A stretch of DNA of 62,876 nt, filler included, from Choristocarpus tenellus KU-1152 (Eukaryota > Protista > Phaeophyceae): assembly GCA_964200185.2 (NCBI GenBank). It is 14 parts of 14 records of this genome, joined end to end, with 100 filler letters (N's around TTAATTAATTAA, not from the genome) between each part and the next. Parts side by side here need not be neighbours in the genome. Positions count along the whole stretch, not along the records: positions 9,642 to 13,719 come from CAXNAD020016341.1; positions 13,820 to 18,507 come from CAXNAD020013462.1; positions 18,608 to 21,370 come from CAXNAD020024957.1; positions 21,471 to 25,397 come from CAXNAD020017100.1; positions 25,498 to 31,792 come from CAXNAD020008460.1; 9 more parts are not named here. The stretch is one strand, 5' to 3'. A model generated the notes under the pieces. The model was not told the origin of the DNA, made no database searches, and worked only from the letters and a program-made list of their open reading frames with translations. The position numbers and the translations under genes were made by a program. Shown here one piece after another: positions 13,655-26,849 of the stretch. Position 1 is the stretch's first letter; each line of letters starts with the position of its first letter.

Positions 13655-13719
13655 GAGTGAAAGTATCTTAGAGGGTACGAGTTTTGCCCTGTTTGTCCAT
13701 TTGGGGCTTGACTTCCCAT
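13655..13719 (-). mobile_element. MITE family B right end at contig end
   Basis: GAGTGAAAGTATCTTAGAGGGTACGAGTTTTGCCCTGTTTGTCCATTTGGGGCTT is the reverse complement of the 3' end of the copies at 21732 and 59723. Confidence 0.85.
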
Positions 13720-13819
13720 NNNNNNNNNNNNNNNNNNNNNNNNNNNNNNNNNNNNNNNNNNNNTTAATTAATTAANNNNNNNNNNNNNNNNNNNNNNNNN
13801 NNNNNNNNNNNNNNNNNNN

Positions 13820-14695
13820 ACTGTCCCCTACAACAGGAACAACTGCCCCCCTCACTGCCGTCTCCAAACCACCCCCACCCACCCTCCTCTCAATCTTCGC
13901 AACCATTCCCTTCACCCTGCCTGCAGTCTGACTTACTCCTGTCACTGCCCGACCTGCCCCAGAGCCAGTTGACTGTTCCAGCGAGCCTCTCACCTCGATC
14001 CCATTCCCACCCAGAGCCATGGTAGCCGCGCCCTTTCCCCCAGCATTCAGAGAGCTGGGCTTTACCTCTCCTAGTGGGCAGGAGGGGAGCAGAGGCTCCC
14101 CACCATTACGCCCTCTGCTGAATATGTGCCCCAGCTTTTCCACTTGCTGTATGTATTAATCAAGGGCATGGATTGCAGTTTGAGGTGGGGGAGAGGGGCA
14201 CTGTGGATGGGAACCAGAGGGGACGGGGAGATGAATGACAGAGCTTGCCAAGGTTTGATCTTCTAAAATGTAGTAGAAAGTATGAGCATACTGATAAAGT
14301 TATTACCAAGAGTAAGAACCAGCAGGATGGTGTGTGTGTGCGCATTTCTGTACACAAAGAACCGCTTGTGTAACAAAGAGAGGTTCCCACAAAAATTGAC
14401 TCTCAACTCTCAGTAACATGCATCTATCCAGAAGAGCTCTTTAAATTGAGACAGTAATGTCTCAGATATCTCACGGCCCCTTGTGTCTTACCGTCCGCCC
14501 TGAGGATGATTCAAGCAGTGCCTCCTCTCTTTGTCCCAATGCTCCTTTCCCCGACTCTTCAGCACCCCGGACTTTCGCCTCGTCAGTTAATCCCAATATC
14601 TTAGCTCTCACCTCTCCAGCCCCCGAGATCTGGCCTTGCGCTAGGAGCAACGCGCGAGCCCTCTGGCGGGTCACGGGCGGAGAATAGTTGTGCAT
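13820..14695 (-). CDS. Unknown protein, two exons (14695-14492, 14146-13820), runs into the gap
   Basis: In-phase junction ACG|GTAAGA ... TACAG|CAAGTG. Gly/Ala-rich open frames. Confidence 0.55.
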
Positions 14696-17600
14696 CTGAA
14701 AAAAGAGCGGACCCAGACGCAAGTATTTCGAAGATAATCAAAAGTTAGCATTGATGTATACCAGCAGCTAGGTCCTTGACCACAAGAGGTCATACAAAGA
14801 CTGCGGGATCTTATATGAGTCAAAACACGATTGATCGATGCATGGTAAAAGGACTCATTGGTCAATCCTCACGTTTCAGCATACTACCATGGGCAGTCCA
14901 GTTTTGAGCATTTGACAACATTCTCCAGAACATAAACTAAGGTGAATGAAGAAAATCCCAAGACCCGAGCAATCACTCAATATCGACGGGTAGACGTTTT
15001 ATTGGAGGGGGGAGGAGGGCGCGTTACCTTATCCCAGTCGGTCACTCTCAAACTAAAAAACCGAGTAACCCACTGTGAACGAAAGATGATGTTTTCGAAA
15101 TCATAAGACACCAGAGGAAAAGTGGTGCAAATAGCTTTCAGGGGATATCGGTCATCACGTATCTGGAGAATTTTGATATGGGAGGATTTTTGTCTTTTCT
15201 CCCCATGAAAGCAAAGTATTGCCAAGACCCGTTCTTAGGGGATTGAGATTTTTAAACGCCTAGTGTAGAATCAAATAGATATGATGGCGTGGAGGGTGAA
15301 GCACACCAGCGATGAAGGTTGACCTTCCTTTTGGGTAATTATTACAATCAAAGAGAAATTCAAAAATGAGAACTCATTGCAGTAGCCTACAGATCCAAGC
15401 ACCCATAACAAGCACGATAGAGATATTAATATCAGAAAACCAGAATCTACTCGATCATTACCACGCAGCTCCTACGCCTATCTCATAATCCTTGTCTACC
15501 CCTCAAAACCGTTAATTGATTGGGGTGGTCGAAGGGTTGCTCTTGAGGCGTCGAGGAGCATCGCCTGGAACAGTTTTCCTTCTGTATAAGGTTCATTGAT
15601 CCCTTTACATGTGGCTACTCACCCGATTCCTCGGCTGCCTGGCGTATTGTACCCGTCGATGACTGCTAATTTGACACCTCCCCAACCTGTTCTACTCCGT
15701 TTCCCACATTATTGCATCCTCCCCGCGTCTCGTCGTTTTGCGCGCAATTTGCACGATGGTTGATGGCGAGATGGTGTAATAGTAATAGTGGGGAAAAATA
15801 TAGAAAGTGGAATTATAGAAAGGTGTGAACAAAAGAAATTGAAGCAACCATGGTCACAACAAATAGTAAGAGGGTACAATAAGATGTACACTTAACATAC
15901 CTAATAGTCAAAAGTATGTTCCTCCTACTATGATGGTCATTCAGTACGTTTTTGTTTTGTTACAAAATTAAAGGCATCATTCGTTACAACAACAGGAACA
16001 ACAACACCACCACCAGTGATGATGAGTGTGTCCTTAACGAAGTTTCCAGACACATACTTCAACTACTTCAACTACTTCGTCGATCTTTCAACATACCTCA
16101 GTAAGCCCTGACACTCGAATCAACAGAGAGGTTGGCAGGGTTGCATTTGAAGGATCTTGAGAAGGGCAAAAAGATGCAATTTTGTGTAAGTACAGAGAGA
16201 TATTCCTTAATTGTGCCGCCATTATTCTGCGTGTGGAAGGAGGAATATCAATTTTATGTGCATTATTGTCCACAACATGAAGTAATGAAATCGAGTGTAT
16301 TGCACAGGGTAAGAATATCTCTCAGAATGCAAAAGGGTCCGAGCCTGCCTGCGTCTCGATCGGTGTGGATCTCATACGTGCTCTCTTCTTCCATTATTGG
16401 AATAACACTGTTGGCTGTACAACTACTTGTTAAAACACTGCAGACATGCACATTGAGTTCTTGTCAAGACTTCCATCATAATGCTTATTATACCTACGAA
16501 ATATTTTTGATACAGCATCAAACTTACTTCTGTCTAAATATCGACTAGAGGAGTAATAATTGAAAAAAAAGGGAATAAGAGAAAAAAAATGGAATAGTCG
16601 AAATGGCCAGCAACACGGATTGTGCGTGCCACCCCACATCCTACCAACCTATCTCCAATATACTACCAAAAATCCAGAGAGAAAAATGAAACAAAATGGC
16701 AGAGGTTCATTGCAGAACAACACTAAGACGAGCACTCCATTCAAGGTAAGAAACTATGTGAAGAGTGAAGTGGTATAATCGGATTGACTGAATCCGATCC
16801 TCGAGAAGGAAGCACGAACAGAACAGTGCAATTAGTCGTAGTGAAACTGTTGATTGGTATTTCACAAAGAAAGAGAAAAAAGTGCAGCAGTAGTAGTTGT
16901 ATAATGCCCCTGATCACAGGTCACCTTGCCAAGTCCCCCAGGCTGAAAGTGAAGTTAATAATTTATAGTACTCGAATAGTTACTTCTCCAGAGTATATGA
17001 TATCGACATTGTGGTACCGTCATATTGAAAGTTATGCTGGACATATCCATACTATTAATTGTACGATACGAATGTTGTCAATACTCTACAAAAACAGTAT
17101 TTTCCGTACAAATACTACTACTATTGTACTACTACTACTGCCACAGTTGCTACTCTACTACTTCAAACTTACACTGGTGCAGATTGAGTGCGAGTTAATC
17201 AGAGGATGAAGGTACAAAAAATACAGCTGATGTTGCTACAGAACGATGAATGGATGGTGAGCAAGTGCCCAGGGTCTTGATGTTTGTTTTGCGGAGTTTG
17301 CAGATGGCAAAAGAAAGTCAGGTAGCCAAGAGAAGACAAACTTGGTGACATTCCTCCACATAGACCTTGTCCTTTTTCGATTTGGATCGAGGGATGGCAG
17401 GGATACGCAGAAAATCAGGAGCCAATGGGAACCCTGTACGGCAAGTTCAGCCCATTCATTTCGTCAGCAAATCGCATGAAACGGAGATTGCCAGGGAGGC
17501 CACAACAACCGCTAAATAAATTCACCGGTACCACCAAAACAAACTCTATCTCTCTGTTGTATGCAGTGCTTGCTAAGCCACATGTTGGGTCCTGCATATG

Positions 17601-18476
17601 ATTATGGTACCATAACTTCAGACCTAACATGACTGAATTTATCTTCTCTGAGTCGTTGATGACGCATTTTATATACTATTACTGTTGTTGTGATGTTGGT
17701 GGGTGGATATCCTCTCTGGACTGCATTTTCTTCTCCCTATTGAGCGTCTTTATATACCTCCCTTTGTACTGCTCACGCTCGGAATTTTTTTTTGCCAATT
17801 GGTGTATCTTTTGCTTACCTGATGGTTCCTTATCCTGAGGAATCTCATACATGAGAAATGTAGATAGTGTGTTGACTTATTTGGTGGATGGGGTCTCTGC
17901 TTCATATTGTCATTATTATTTTTGTATATGTATGATTTTGATTTGACATGGACCTTGTTGAAGACTCTGTTTCATGTCTTATCTTCTCTGTCTTGTCTGC
18001 TGCTTCTTGGTCCCTCGCAACATCTACCAAATCTTAGTGGAACACGATAATGATAGGTGACCTACGTTATCCTTAGAAGTGAAGTTACCACATTGTTCTC
18101 GTTTTTTCTTTTGCTACGTTGATTTTTTTGTTTCTCTTTGTTGTTTAACATATTATTAATCCTGTAATGGGGCCTGGTTCTGTGTGATGGGGGGTCAGCC
18201 AATCGCATCTCTTCCCTCGATTCAATCATGCTGCAGAATTTCAAAACCTATTCAACTCTCACCTCGTATAATATGCTTTGCTTTCCATCTTCTGCTCCCC
18301 GATCTCCTCCCACTGTCCCAATTCTCTCCTGCCAAATCCATGCTCCTTCAGGTGATGAGGTTCAAAAAGGAAGTGAAAGATGAGACTGAGGCATGTTGGG
18401 TGTATGTTGACAGCCTCAGAAGAGTTCCATGTGGATCAATCTTAAATATGATTGGTTGTGACCACCCAGAACAGAA

Positions 18477-18507
18477 GGGTCAAAGTATCTTGGGGGGGGG
18501 GGTGGGT
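18477..18507 (+). mobile_element. MITE family A terminus at contig end
   Basis: GGGTCAAAGTATCTTGGGGGGG followed by the gap. Confidence 0.7.
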
Positions 18508-18907
18508 NNNNNNNNNNNNNNNNNNNNNNNNNNNNNNNNNNNNNNNNNNNNTTAATTAATTAANNNNNNNNNNNNNNNNNNNNNNNNNNNNNNNNNNNNN
18601 NNNNNNNATGTCGACGCAGGGGTGGATACTATGGTTAGGCGATGACAGCAAGGGTGTTGTTGTATATACAGTGCTAGAGTATGTGATAAATGATGACGGG
18701 GTCTGTAGGGAGTGCGGAGTTCGTGTCCATGCATGGACTAGGCAAACGTGAAGTGATAAGGGCTAATTGCTGTTGTCGTCATAAGGACGGCGTAGCGCTT
18801 TCCGTGGAGACTGCTATTTGCGAACATGCAACAAATGGTAAACCCCGCCTATATGGAAGGAACATTGTATACGAGAACGCACCAATACCGTGCGTAGACG
18901 AAAAATA

Positions 18908-19337
18908 TTTACGCGCCGACCCAGGTTTGATGTCAGGAGGGCAGCCATGCACAGGTTTGTGTTTGACATAGGGCAGACAGTAATGAATAAATTTGATGTG
19001 TTCTACCGGAAGGTGAAGATGATAATTTCGAACGCACGGCAAGATGGTTGGGGGTGGTGTATACCAATTTGAAACAAGAACCCTAAGCAGGAAAACATAA
19101 TATGGAATCGCGAAAGTAAATATGAAGATGAAAAGGATTTACACACCGACTCGGGTTAGATGTCAGGAGGGCAACCATACACAGGTGTGTGTTTGACATA
19201 GTAATGAATAAATTTGATGTGTTCTACTGGACAGTAAAGACGATAAATTTCGAACGTATGGCAAGACGGTTGGGGGTGGTGTGTACCGATTTGAAACAAG
19301 AACCCTAAGCAGGAAAACAAAATATGGAACCGCGTAA
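18908..19337. repeat. Diverged tandem duplication, period about 230 bp
   Basis: GATGTCAGGAGGGCA...GTAATGAATAAATTTGATGTGTTCTAC...TTTGAAACAAGAACCCTAAGCAGGAAAACA occurs twice. Confidence 0.9.
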
Positions 19338-19987
19338 GTGAAAGGATGAATGCACCGGTTTGAAACGAATATGGCAATTTTGGAACGTGTTTCAAAGTAG
19401 AAATTTGGTGTGTTCTGTCGGTTGGTAGAAGCCACCAAATTCTAAAGTGAGGTTACCGTGGTTTTTTGGACCAAGCTACGCGCGCGTGTTGATACCACCG
19501 CATGAGTTAAATCGAGATGGCGTTGCGACGCGATACGAACCTTATCGGAAATTTTCCAATCGTATCGGAGCCCTAACACATGCATATCGATGGTGTCACC
19601 ACGTAACACTCGACAGACGGATGTTGTGGTGCGTGGAATTGGATCGTGGAATCTTTGTTCTATTTCGGATCAGTTGTCTGATTACTCTCAACATATGTCA
19701 CTGCAACCCATGTTCCAATTTCGGAAAAAGGTTCGGTTGCATTCGCTGGAATTAATTCTGACGATAGCCGCCGCATTGCAACCACATTGACATGTTAAAT
19801 GTAAGGTGAAATCTGTCTCTTCGCGGATTGGGTTAAGTGTTCGAGAAGTAGGTTGTTAATGTTGGTTAGGGTTAGGGTTAGGACCATGGGTATTGCCTTC
19901 AGGGCTTACATTGTCAGCGACTGGGGTGACATAAAACGGTTTACGAACGGTTTCGATCAAACAGATTATAGATGCCCGACTAGTGAT

Positions 19988-20322
19988 GTTGGTGATACCA
20001 CTACTGACAGTTCATGTGTGCACGGTTCTAATGGCAAGAAATACGGGGGCATCTCCTTTGAAAATTTTGGTGATACCACTATTGACAGCTCGTGTGTTCA
20101 CAGTTCTAATGGCAAGAAATACAGGGCATCCAATTTGAAAATTTTAGTGATACCACTATTGACAGCTCTTGTGTGCACGGTTCTAATGGCGATAAAATAC
20201 AGGGCATCCAATTTGTAAACGTTGGTGATACCACTATTGACAGCTCGTGTGTGCACGGTTTTAATGGTGATAAACACAGGGCATCTCCTTTGAAAACGTT
20301 GGCGATACCACGGCTGACAGCT
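19988..20322. repeat. Minisatellite, unit about 77-78 bp, about 4.3 copies
   Basis: TTGGTGATACCACTATTGACAGCTCGTGTGTGCACGGTTCTAATGGC...GGGCATC...TTTGAAAA repeated head to tail. Confidence 0.92.
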
Positions 20323-21731
20323 GCTTGGTAAAAGCTCCGAATGCAAATGAACTCATGAACATGTGTAGAGACGTGTCATTGTGTTCACGACTGAGAAAAT
20401 CGCAATGAGGGGTGGATACGCTGGAAACTCTTCAACACCGCACATGTCGCCAATCTCGGCTTAACATGAGCATTTTCTCCCTGGATTTCAAGCAGTCATG
20501 AGATGGAGGGCTCCCAGTGTACACCAAAAACATTGTCTCTAGTGTCGAGAGATCCGTGCTATAAACGGCGTGATAGGCAGACCGGCGTGCATAGGGTTTA
20601 CTTTTGATTTCGACGCGAAATTGCTTTCACTCGGAATTGTATCTGGAGCTTCCGAAAGATATTTGCACAGGTGGTAACACAGCAGTGGTGGTCGAAATTG
20701 GTATGGTCGTAGACCTGAAAACCTTTCTACATGACGCGATGGGGTCTCATTCGCTACCACTTTGTACGGTATTGTGCGGGAGGGAGCTGCACAAAGGGTG
20801 CACGTTTCTGGTAGGGGGACTCACCTTCTTGTTCCCTTTGGAGGCATGGCGGCGTTCGGTGGTTGGACTAAGCCTCTCCTTTGATTGCATGATGTCTGCA
20901 TCAGGTGGGCACGTTGCAAATGGGACAGGGGAAACCAACAAAAGGAGAGAGGGAAAATGTTTTGCGCATCGAGTCAGGTCCAGAGAGGAGGGCATGTCGC
21001 GGTCGGGTTACATCATCCTCGAGCGGTACGCACCTGATCACCTTGCACGAAGAGGAAGTTCTGTCGTCTTTTTCCTTCCGACACGCCCGGTGTTTGGCAT
21101 TACGTACAGCGCACAGAGGCAGCGACAGACGAGCCCGATCCTCGTAGAAGGGATACCCAACTAGTCTCCCTTGACCAAGAAAGTATGGTCTTTTCAACCT
21201 TCTTTTTTCCGGTTGTATATCAATTTCACAATAGTCAATAAAAGAACAACCCACCTTACTGAATGTTGGACCCCTAGAAGATATTTTATATACTGGGGTT
21301 CTAAACAGGCTAGTTCGAGTGTTACTTCTTCTCGGGAATCAAATAGGGAATTTATGAACGGGGGTTTTGCNNNNNNNNNNNNNNNNNNNNNNNNNNNNNN
21401 NNNNNNNNNNNNNNTTAATTAATTAANNNNNNNNNNNNNNNNNNNNNNNNNNNNNNNNNNNNNNNNNNNNGCAGGGGTCTTCGGAAGTGGTGGACGGTGG
21501 CAGGGGAAGGGAGGGTAGCATAAAGGAAACAGGAGGAAGATGAGGGTATGTTTGTGTGAATGGGTCTTTGGTGCTTGTGCACGAGCCGTTGAGGTCACAT
21601 AGTGTCACAATTTTATTGGGCCGCAAGACGGCGTGTGGACTGATTCAAGACCTGACAAGTTTTGGACCTAATGACAACAGTTTTTAAAAAAGACTTGAGA
21701 TGGCTCTTCTCTTTTCTTATTTTAGCCACAT

Positions 21732-21994
21732 AAGTCAAAGTATCTTAGAGGGTAGAGCCCCATCTGTTCGGGGTCCAAAATCCAATGCTGCAATTTTGAT
21801 GTAATTTTGGCTATCGTGTCTGTTAGAAAGTGTTACTATCCTTGTCCTGGACACACCTTTTCATAATGTATACATTTTCCTACTCCAAAACATTTCGGAG
21901 TAGGTAAAATGTCATTAAAAAATCCACAGGAAGCCAAGTCCCAAACGGACAAACAGGGCAAAACTCGTACCCTAACCCTAACATACTTTCACTC
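21732..21994 (+). mobile_element. MITE family B, full copy (263 bp)
   Basis: AAGTCAAAGTATCTTAGAGGGTA ... CATACTTTCACTC, colinear with 59723-59979. ACAT on both flanks. Confidence 0.88.
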
Positions 21995-24900
21995 ACATGC
22001 ATGTTGGTGACCTATCCTGCTTTCAACTATTTATTAGGTACTAATGCTCTTAATAGTGCTTGTGTCTAAATGTGTATGCATTTTCGATACACCACAATCT
22101 CATCGTAAGTTCAAGCACTACATCGTATATCATATATGCCAGCAAAATTGGTTTTGCAGCAAGGACATCCTATAACCCACTCCTCTCATCATTTTTCTCC
22201 AACTGGACAATGAAAAATAGTGCGATATCAGAGAGAAAAGGATGCCTGTCTTGCCTCTCCACTGCCATCATTAGCGTCTTCTTGTGTCTCAGTCTAACCC
22301 TAACCCTTCTACATTGGCCCATTCACACCAACAAGACATTTCTAAAGTGAGTTTAGCCCATACGCTAATTGCACCACTGGTGGAAGTATACAGACCGAAT
22401 TGGATACTGATGAGTGTCTACTGATGAGGTGTGACAATAGCATTTTTGAGACATTTATGCACCACATGTTACCGCAGAGATACTGTTGGAGGTGTCCAGC
22501 TCATAGGTTAGTCATGTTGTGCTAGTCTAAGTATGGGTCCACACGGGCTATGCAGGTTGTAGTCAGCCCCACGACACTGCACAAGACACCAAGGGACTAT
22601 TTGAATAACAACAGGAACCACCTAGAATCATGACCAACTCATCAGCATCAGCACCTGTCATTAGAACACCACTAGTATCGATTGATATCAACTTTGTACT
22701 TCATAAAATTCGAAGTCTCCAATATAAGTGCGCAAAATAAGTCGACATCCTTGTCTTTGACAGGAGGAGTTGCCAAATATCGTTACCATCTTCACTCTAG
22801 TCTGGGCACTATCCCAACCCAAGGCCAGAAGGCATTATACGCTGCACTCACTGCTTCTCATACTATTAATAACTACAGTATGAAAATAACAGCTACACAA
22901 TAGCCAATAGTACAGCCTCCATTCATGCTTGCTTCTCATTCATTGAGTTCAGCCATCCTATCAGCCTCCATTTGTGCTCTGCCTTGTCCCTCAATTCTTG
23001 TGCCGGACCTGCCTCGGTGTTGCTTGCAATGAAGCCTTGCCACCTCATTCTTGGCCCGGCATTATTGTGTAGCAACAGATAGGATGTTTTTTTGGACTCC
23101 TCAGGCAGCGATCAACCCAGAGGAAGTCCTTATTGACACCGATCAAAACTCCAAACCACCGAAAGCAAAAAGAAGTGTGTAGTTTGCACCACCAAATGTA
23201 TCCTCAAATCGCTCTAACTGCTGTGACCATCCACCAAGCTACAGAGGTAGTGACCACACAGAAATCAACACAAAACATCAAGACACATATGACACTGCCA
23301 GCTATACACCACCCTTCCATTTGCTGTCGAACTGTTTTGGTTCTAGGAAGCGATCCTGAGCACCTTTTCTGACCATGAAACGACCACTTTATTCAGGCAT
23401 TTATCCAACAGGGAAGCACTGGGATGCCTGCAACTTTCCTGCTCACTTCAACAAGGTGACCTCTCTATTTGCATGTAGAGCTGGAACCTCATCCTCTTCA
23501 GGAAGATACAAAGGGGTATTGGAATGCCCCCCAAGTTGCTTTGATTGGGTCTGACCACCCTTCATTGTTGGCCAGTGTACATATATACCTGGCACCTTCC
23601 ATAGTGATGATGGAGATAGTGTATCGCACATCTTACTGCCACACACTAAAGGTCAAGTGTTTGAATCCTTGTAATGCAGAGTTGTAATAATGGTGTCACA
23701 AAAACACCACAGTACCACCACAGTACAGAAAAATGGAATGAAATATTTGTGGACAATGGTTCAAGCGCACCATCAGTCAAATCGGGTAGTAGCGATGTAA
23801 ACCTGGAAAAATGAGTCATGCTCCGTCCAGGAATATGTGCACGCTAGGCAGGCCTTCAAGCCATGTTGCCTCTACCACACACCTACTGGCCACAGGACAT
23901 AAATACACCAAACACACACAACAGTAAAACCAACAAGTAGGCCATACATTAAAGAAAAACTTGATGAGCTAATGAGGTGCACCATACCGAAATCACTGCA
24001 CATTATCTAATGTCGAAAAGAGACAGCCTTCCACAGGTTGGACAAAAAAACACTAGCATGGTCCCCTAGGACTCTCATCAAAATCGTGTACATACGCAGT
24101 TTGACATGCACCACACCATGAACACTGAATCAACACAGCTCTCTACAAGGGGGATCAGGTTGTCATGGAGTCTCTCTTACTCACCTCCACCCGACTTCTA
24201 GTGTGGTAGGTGACATCAACCTCACTAAGAGAGGTTCCATGCGAAATTACAACGTGGAGCGGAGCCTCGCCCTTGCCATAGATAGTGCCATCAGTCAACC
24301 GACACAGGTCTCGCTCTCTAACAGTGGCATAAACCTGAGGTAGGGACAGGAAAGAGGTCAACCTCAGGGCCTTGGGGCGCACGGGGTGGAGGGGGGAATG
24401 GCCGCAAATAAAAGGATAGTAGGGTTGAGTAATCAATTGGTTATGAACAGTCAGCACGCTAGGGGGTGGAGGCCAACACAGTGGGAAAGATAGCCCTACA
24501 GTGGTGATGGCAGGTGAGGGTAGAACAGCCACATGGCACAAAGATACACATGATAAAAGATGTGGAATGTCAACGAATCCCAAATCCACAGCCTCCCTCT
24601 CCATGACAATTCACTCAAAGTAAAGCTCTGATCAAGAAGCGGTAACCTCATACTCCCACAAGTGTAGCTCATGTTCACAGTCCCCTCCTCACTAAGACTC
24701 TTGACCTATTCCAATCGAGAACATAAATATGATGGGTGCTGAGTCGATAGATAATTGCCTTGCCCCAAAACACACCCTGAAAAATGCGTGAGAGTCGTGT
24801 GTGAACCGTTTGCTTCAGTTCTAATTAACAAACCCCACCAGAAAAAATTAAAACAATTTCTATTGTCTTCTTCTCATGCCGAAGCCGCATCATCCTGCCA

Positions 24901-25358
24901 TTTGATCACTCCGATAGATGATCAAGATTTCAATCATTAACTCGATATCCAAAAAGGGCCCACCCTCCCGTGATGACATCAATTGGAGGTACAATGGATA
25001 ATGCAGAAGTGGTTGGCAAAAGATGGTCATATCATAAACTGCAGGGGGTGCCGTTATCTGTTGCTCATGGTCCCTAGCAATGATTGAAAGCAAGCAACCA
25101 ATACAATGAGGACAAAACACAACCAACTAAACACAATCAACTGACCGCTTGACCGTCCGCTGTCTTCAAAAAACCTGCCATATCCAAGAGCATCTTCTGC
25201 AGGTCCACCTAAAACCAATCAGGGGATCGTCAACAAATAAGGAGGTGTATCACAATAGGCAAGGAGAGGGAAAAAAGGGAAGGAGGAGAGGGGACATGAA
25301 GCACGACTTACCCCCCCCACACCCCCCCCCCCCCCCCCCCCCCCACCCCACCCACAAA

Positions 25359-25397
<39 letters not shown>

Positions 25398-25516
25398 NNN
25401 NNNNNNNNNNNNNNNNNNNNNNNNNNNNNNNNNNNNNNNNNTTAATTAATTAANNNNNNNNNNNNNNNNNNNNNNNNNNNNNNNNNNNNNNNNNNNNGTG
25501 GAAACATTTCTTGCTG

Positions 25517-25692
25517 TGCCCAAAGTATCTTGGGGGGGGGGGGGTCAACACCAGAGTGTCCATTTGAACCAAAACCGGGAAAAGTGCACTTTCGTTATCC
25601 ATCCAACGTATGGAACCAAATCACCCAAAAATCGCGACATGAAAAAGTTGGCCCCAAATGGACAGCCGCCACCCCCGCAGATACTTTGAGCC
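25517..25692 (+). mobile_element. MITE family A, full copy
   Basis: GCCCAAAGTATCTTGGG ... CAGATACTTTGAGCC with the conserved body. TSD not clear in this copy. Confidence 0.9.
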
Positions 25693-25738
25693 AGTTTTTA
25701 CACGGCATGTGAAGTTTTTAATGAACATGTGAGGTAAC

Positions 25739-26283
25739 TGTTACAGGCGAATAGCGCGAGCATTTCTTCTCGTGTTCTAGCAAACGCGTGCATTTGTTTC
25801 AGGCGAATAGTGTGGGCATTTCTTCTCGTGTTCTAACAAGCGTGAGCAGTTTACGAGATTAGTAGCACATAGGTAGCTTACAGAATAAGTGCTGATTCCT
25901 TAGAAGATGCAGGGTAAGATTCGTAATGCATACGTAACCTTACAGAAGAAACGTCAAAGTTCCTAGAAGTTGCAGAATAAAGGCTTATGATTGGAGTATG
26001 TATACAGCAGTTGCAGATATCTTTTACCTTAGAAGTCCAAAGGAAATGGGTGAATGATGAAAATACTAAAATTTGCTTTTGGTCACAATCCATCACCCCT
26101 CTTTAAACAGTCTTTTTGATCTTGAACGAAACATTAAGTCGAGCTTGGAATATAGAGAGAGAAGGCTGTCTGACACCCCCCAAAAAAATGTTACCAAGGG
26201 CAACGCCCCCATAGCGTCGTTTTAAGGTCGTTGGATTTGAGTTGTACATCCTGTGGAGGTGAGTTCTGGAGCGTGCCGTAACA
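25739..26283. mobile_element. Solo LTR (545 bp)
   Basis: TGTTACAGGCG ... GCCGTAACA termini, flanks TAAC/TAAT. Both ends are homologous to 27259-27706. Confidence 0.75.
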
Positions 26284-26849
26284 TAATATGTGTGCTGTAT
26301 TTTTTTGTTGCTAATGATTGGTTGATTGAGAGTTAATACTTGTTTTCAGCAAGGGGAAGATGTCGAATAACCCAGTGTTATTATCCTTACGTTGTCTGTG
26401 CTGATACAAGTATATAACATAGGTTCTATATACGTTTATCTTTAGTTCGGTACAATACAAAGTAGTAACATGAATAACAGTATAATGACGAGTCAAAATT
26501 CATTCACACGTCAGTGATGATGGATGGCTGGCGGGCAATTAATATTCAGAGTATGTTTTACCATGTAACTCAACTACTAGCTTTCGGCGACGAGCCTTAC
26601 GTGCGCCAAGCTCTTCAACAAAGGCCTCCATTTTTCGGCTTCCTCCTTTCTTTACCAGCTCAAAGATCTGTGGATCCTTTTTTAGCTCAGGTTCCTATTC
26701 TAAAACTCCGAAATTTGAGCCCTAAACACAGGGAGGGTGAGCCCTGCAATAAAGGCCTCCAAGAGTACCTTCCTCGGCCCTGGATTACAATCCTCCCCTA
26801 CTTGTCCAGCATTCGATCGGAAAGCGCCATCCAGATTATTATAGTGGCA

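Noticed and set aside
17300-17600. Ulp1-like protease relic (GSHWLL on the minus strand)
   Set aside because: Only one short motif amid stops, with no supporting Asp or Cys motifs.
19988-20322. CRISPR-like array
   Set aside because: The intervening segments are homologous to one another rather than unique spacers. No cas genes, and the context is eukaryotic.
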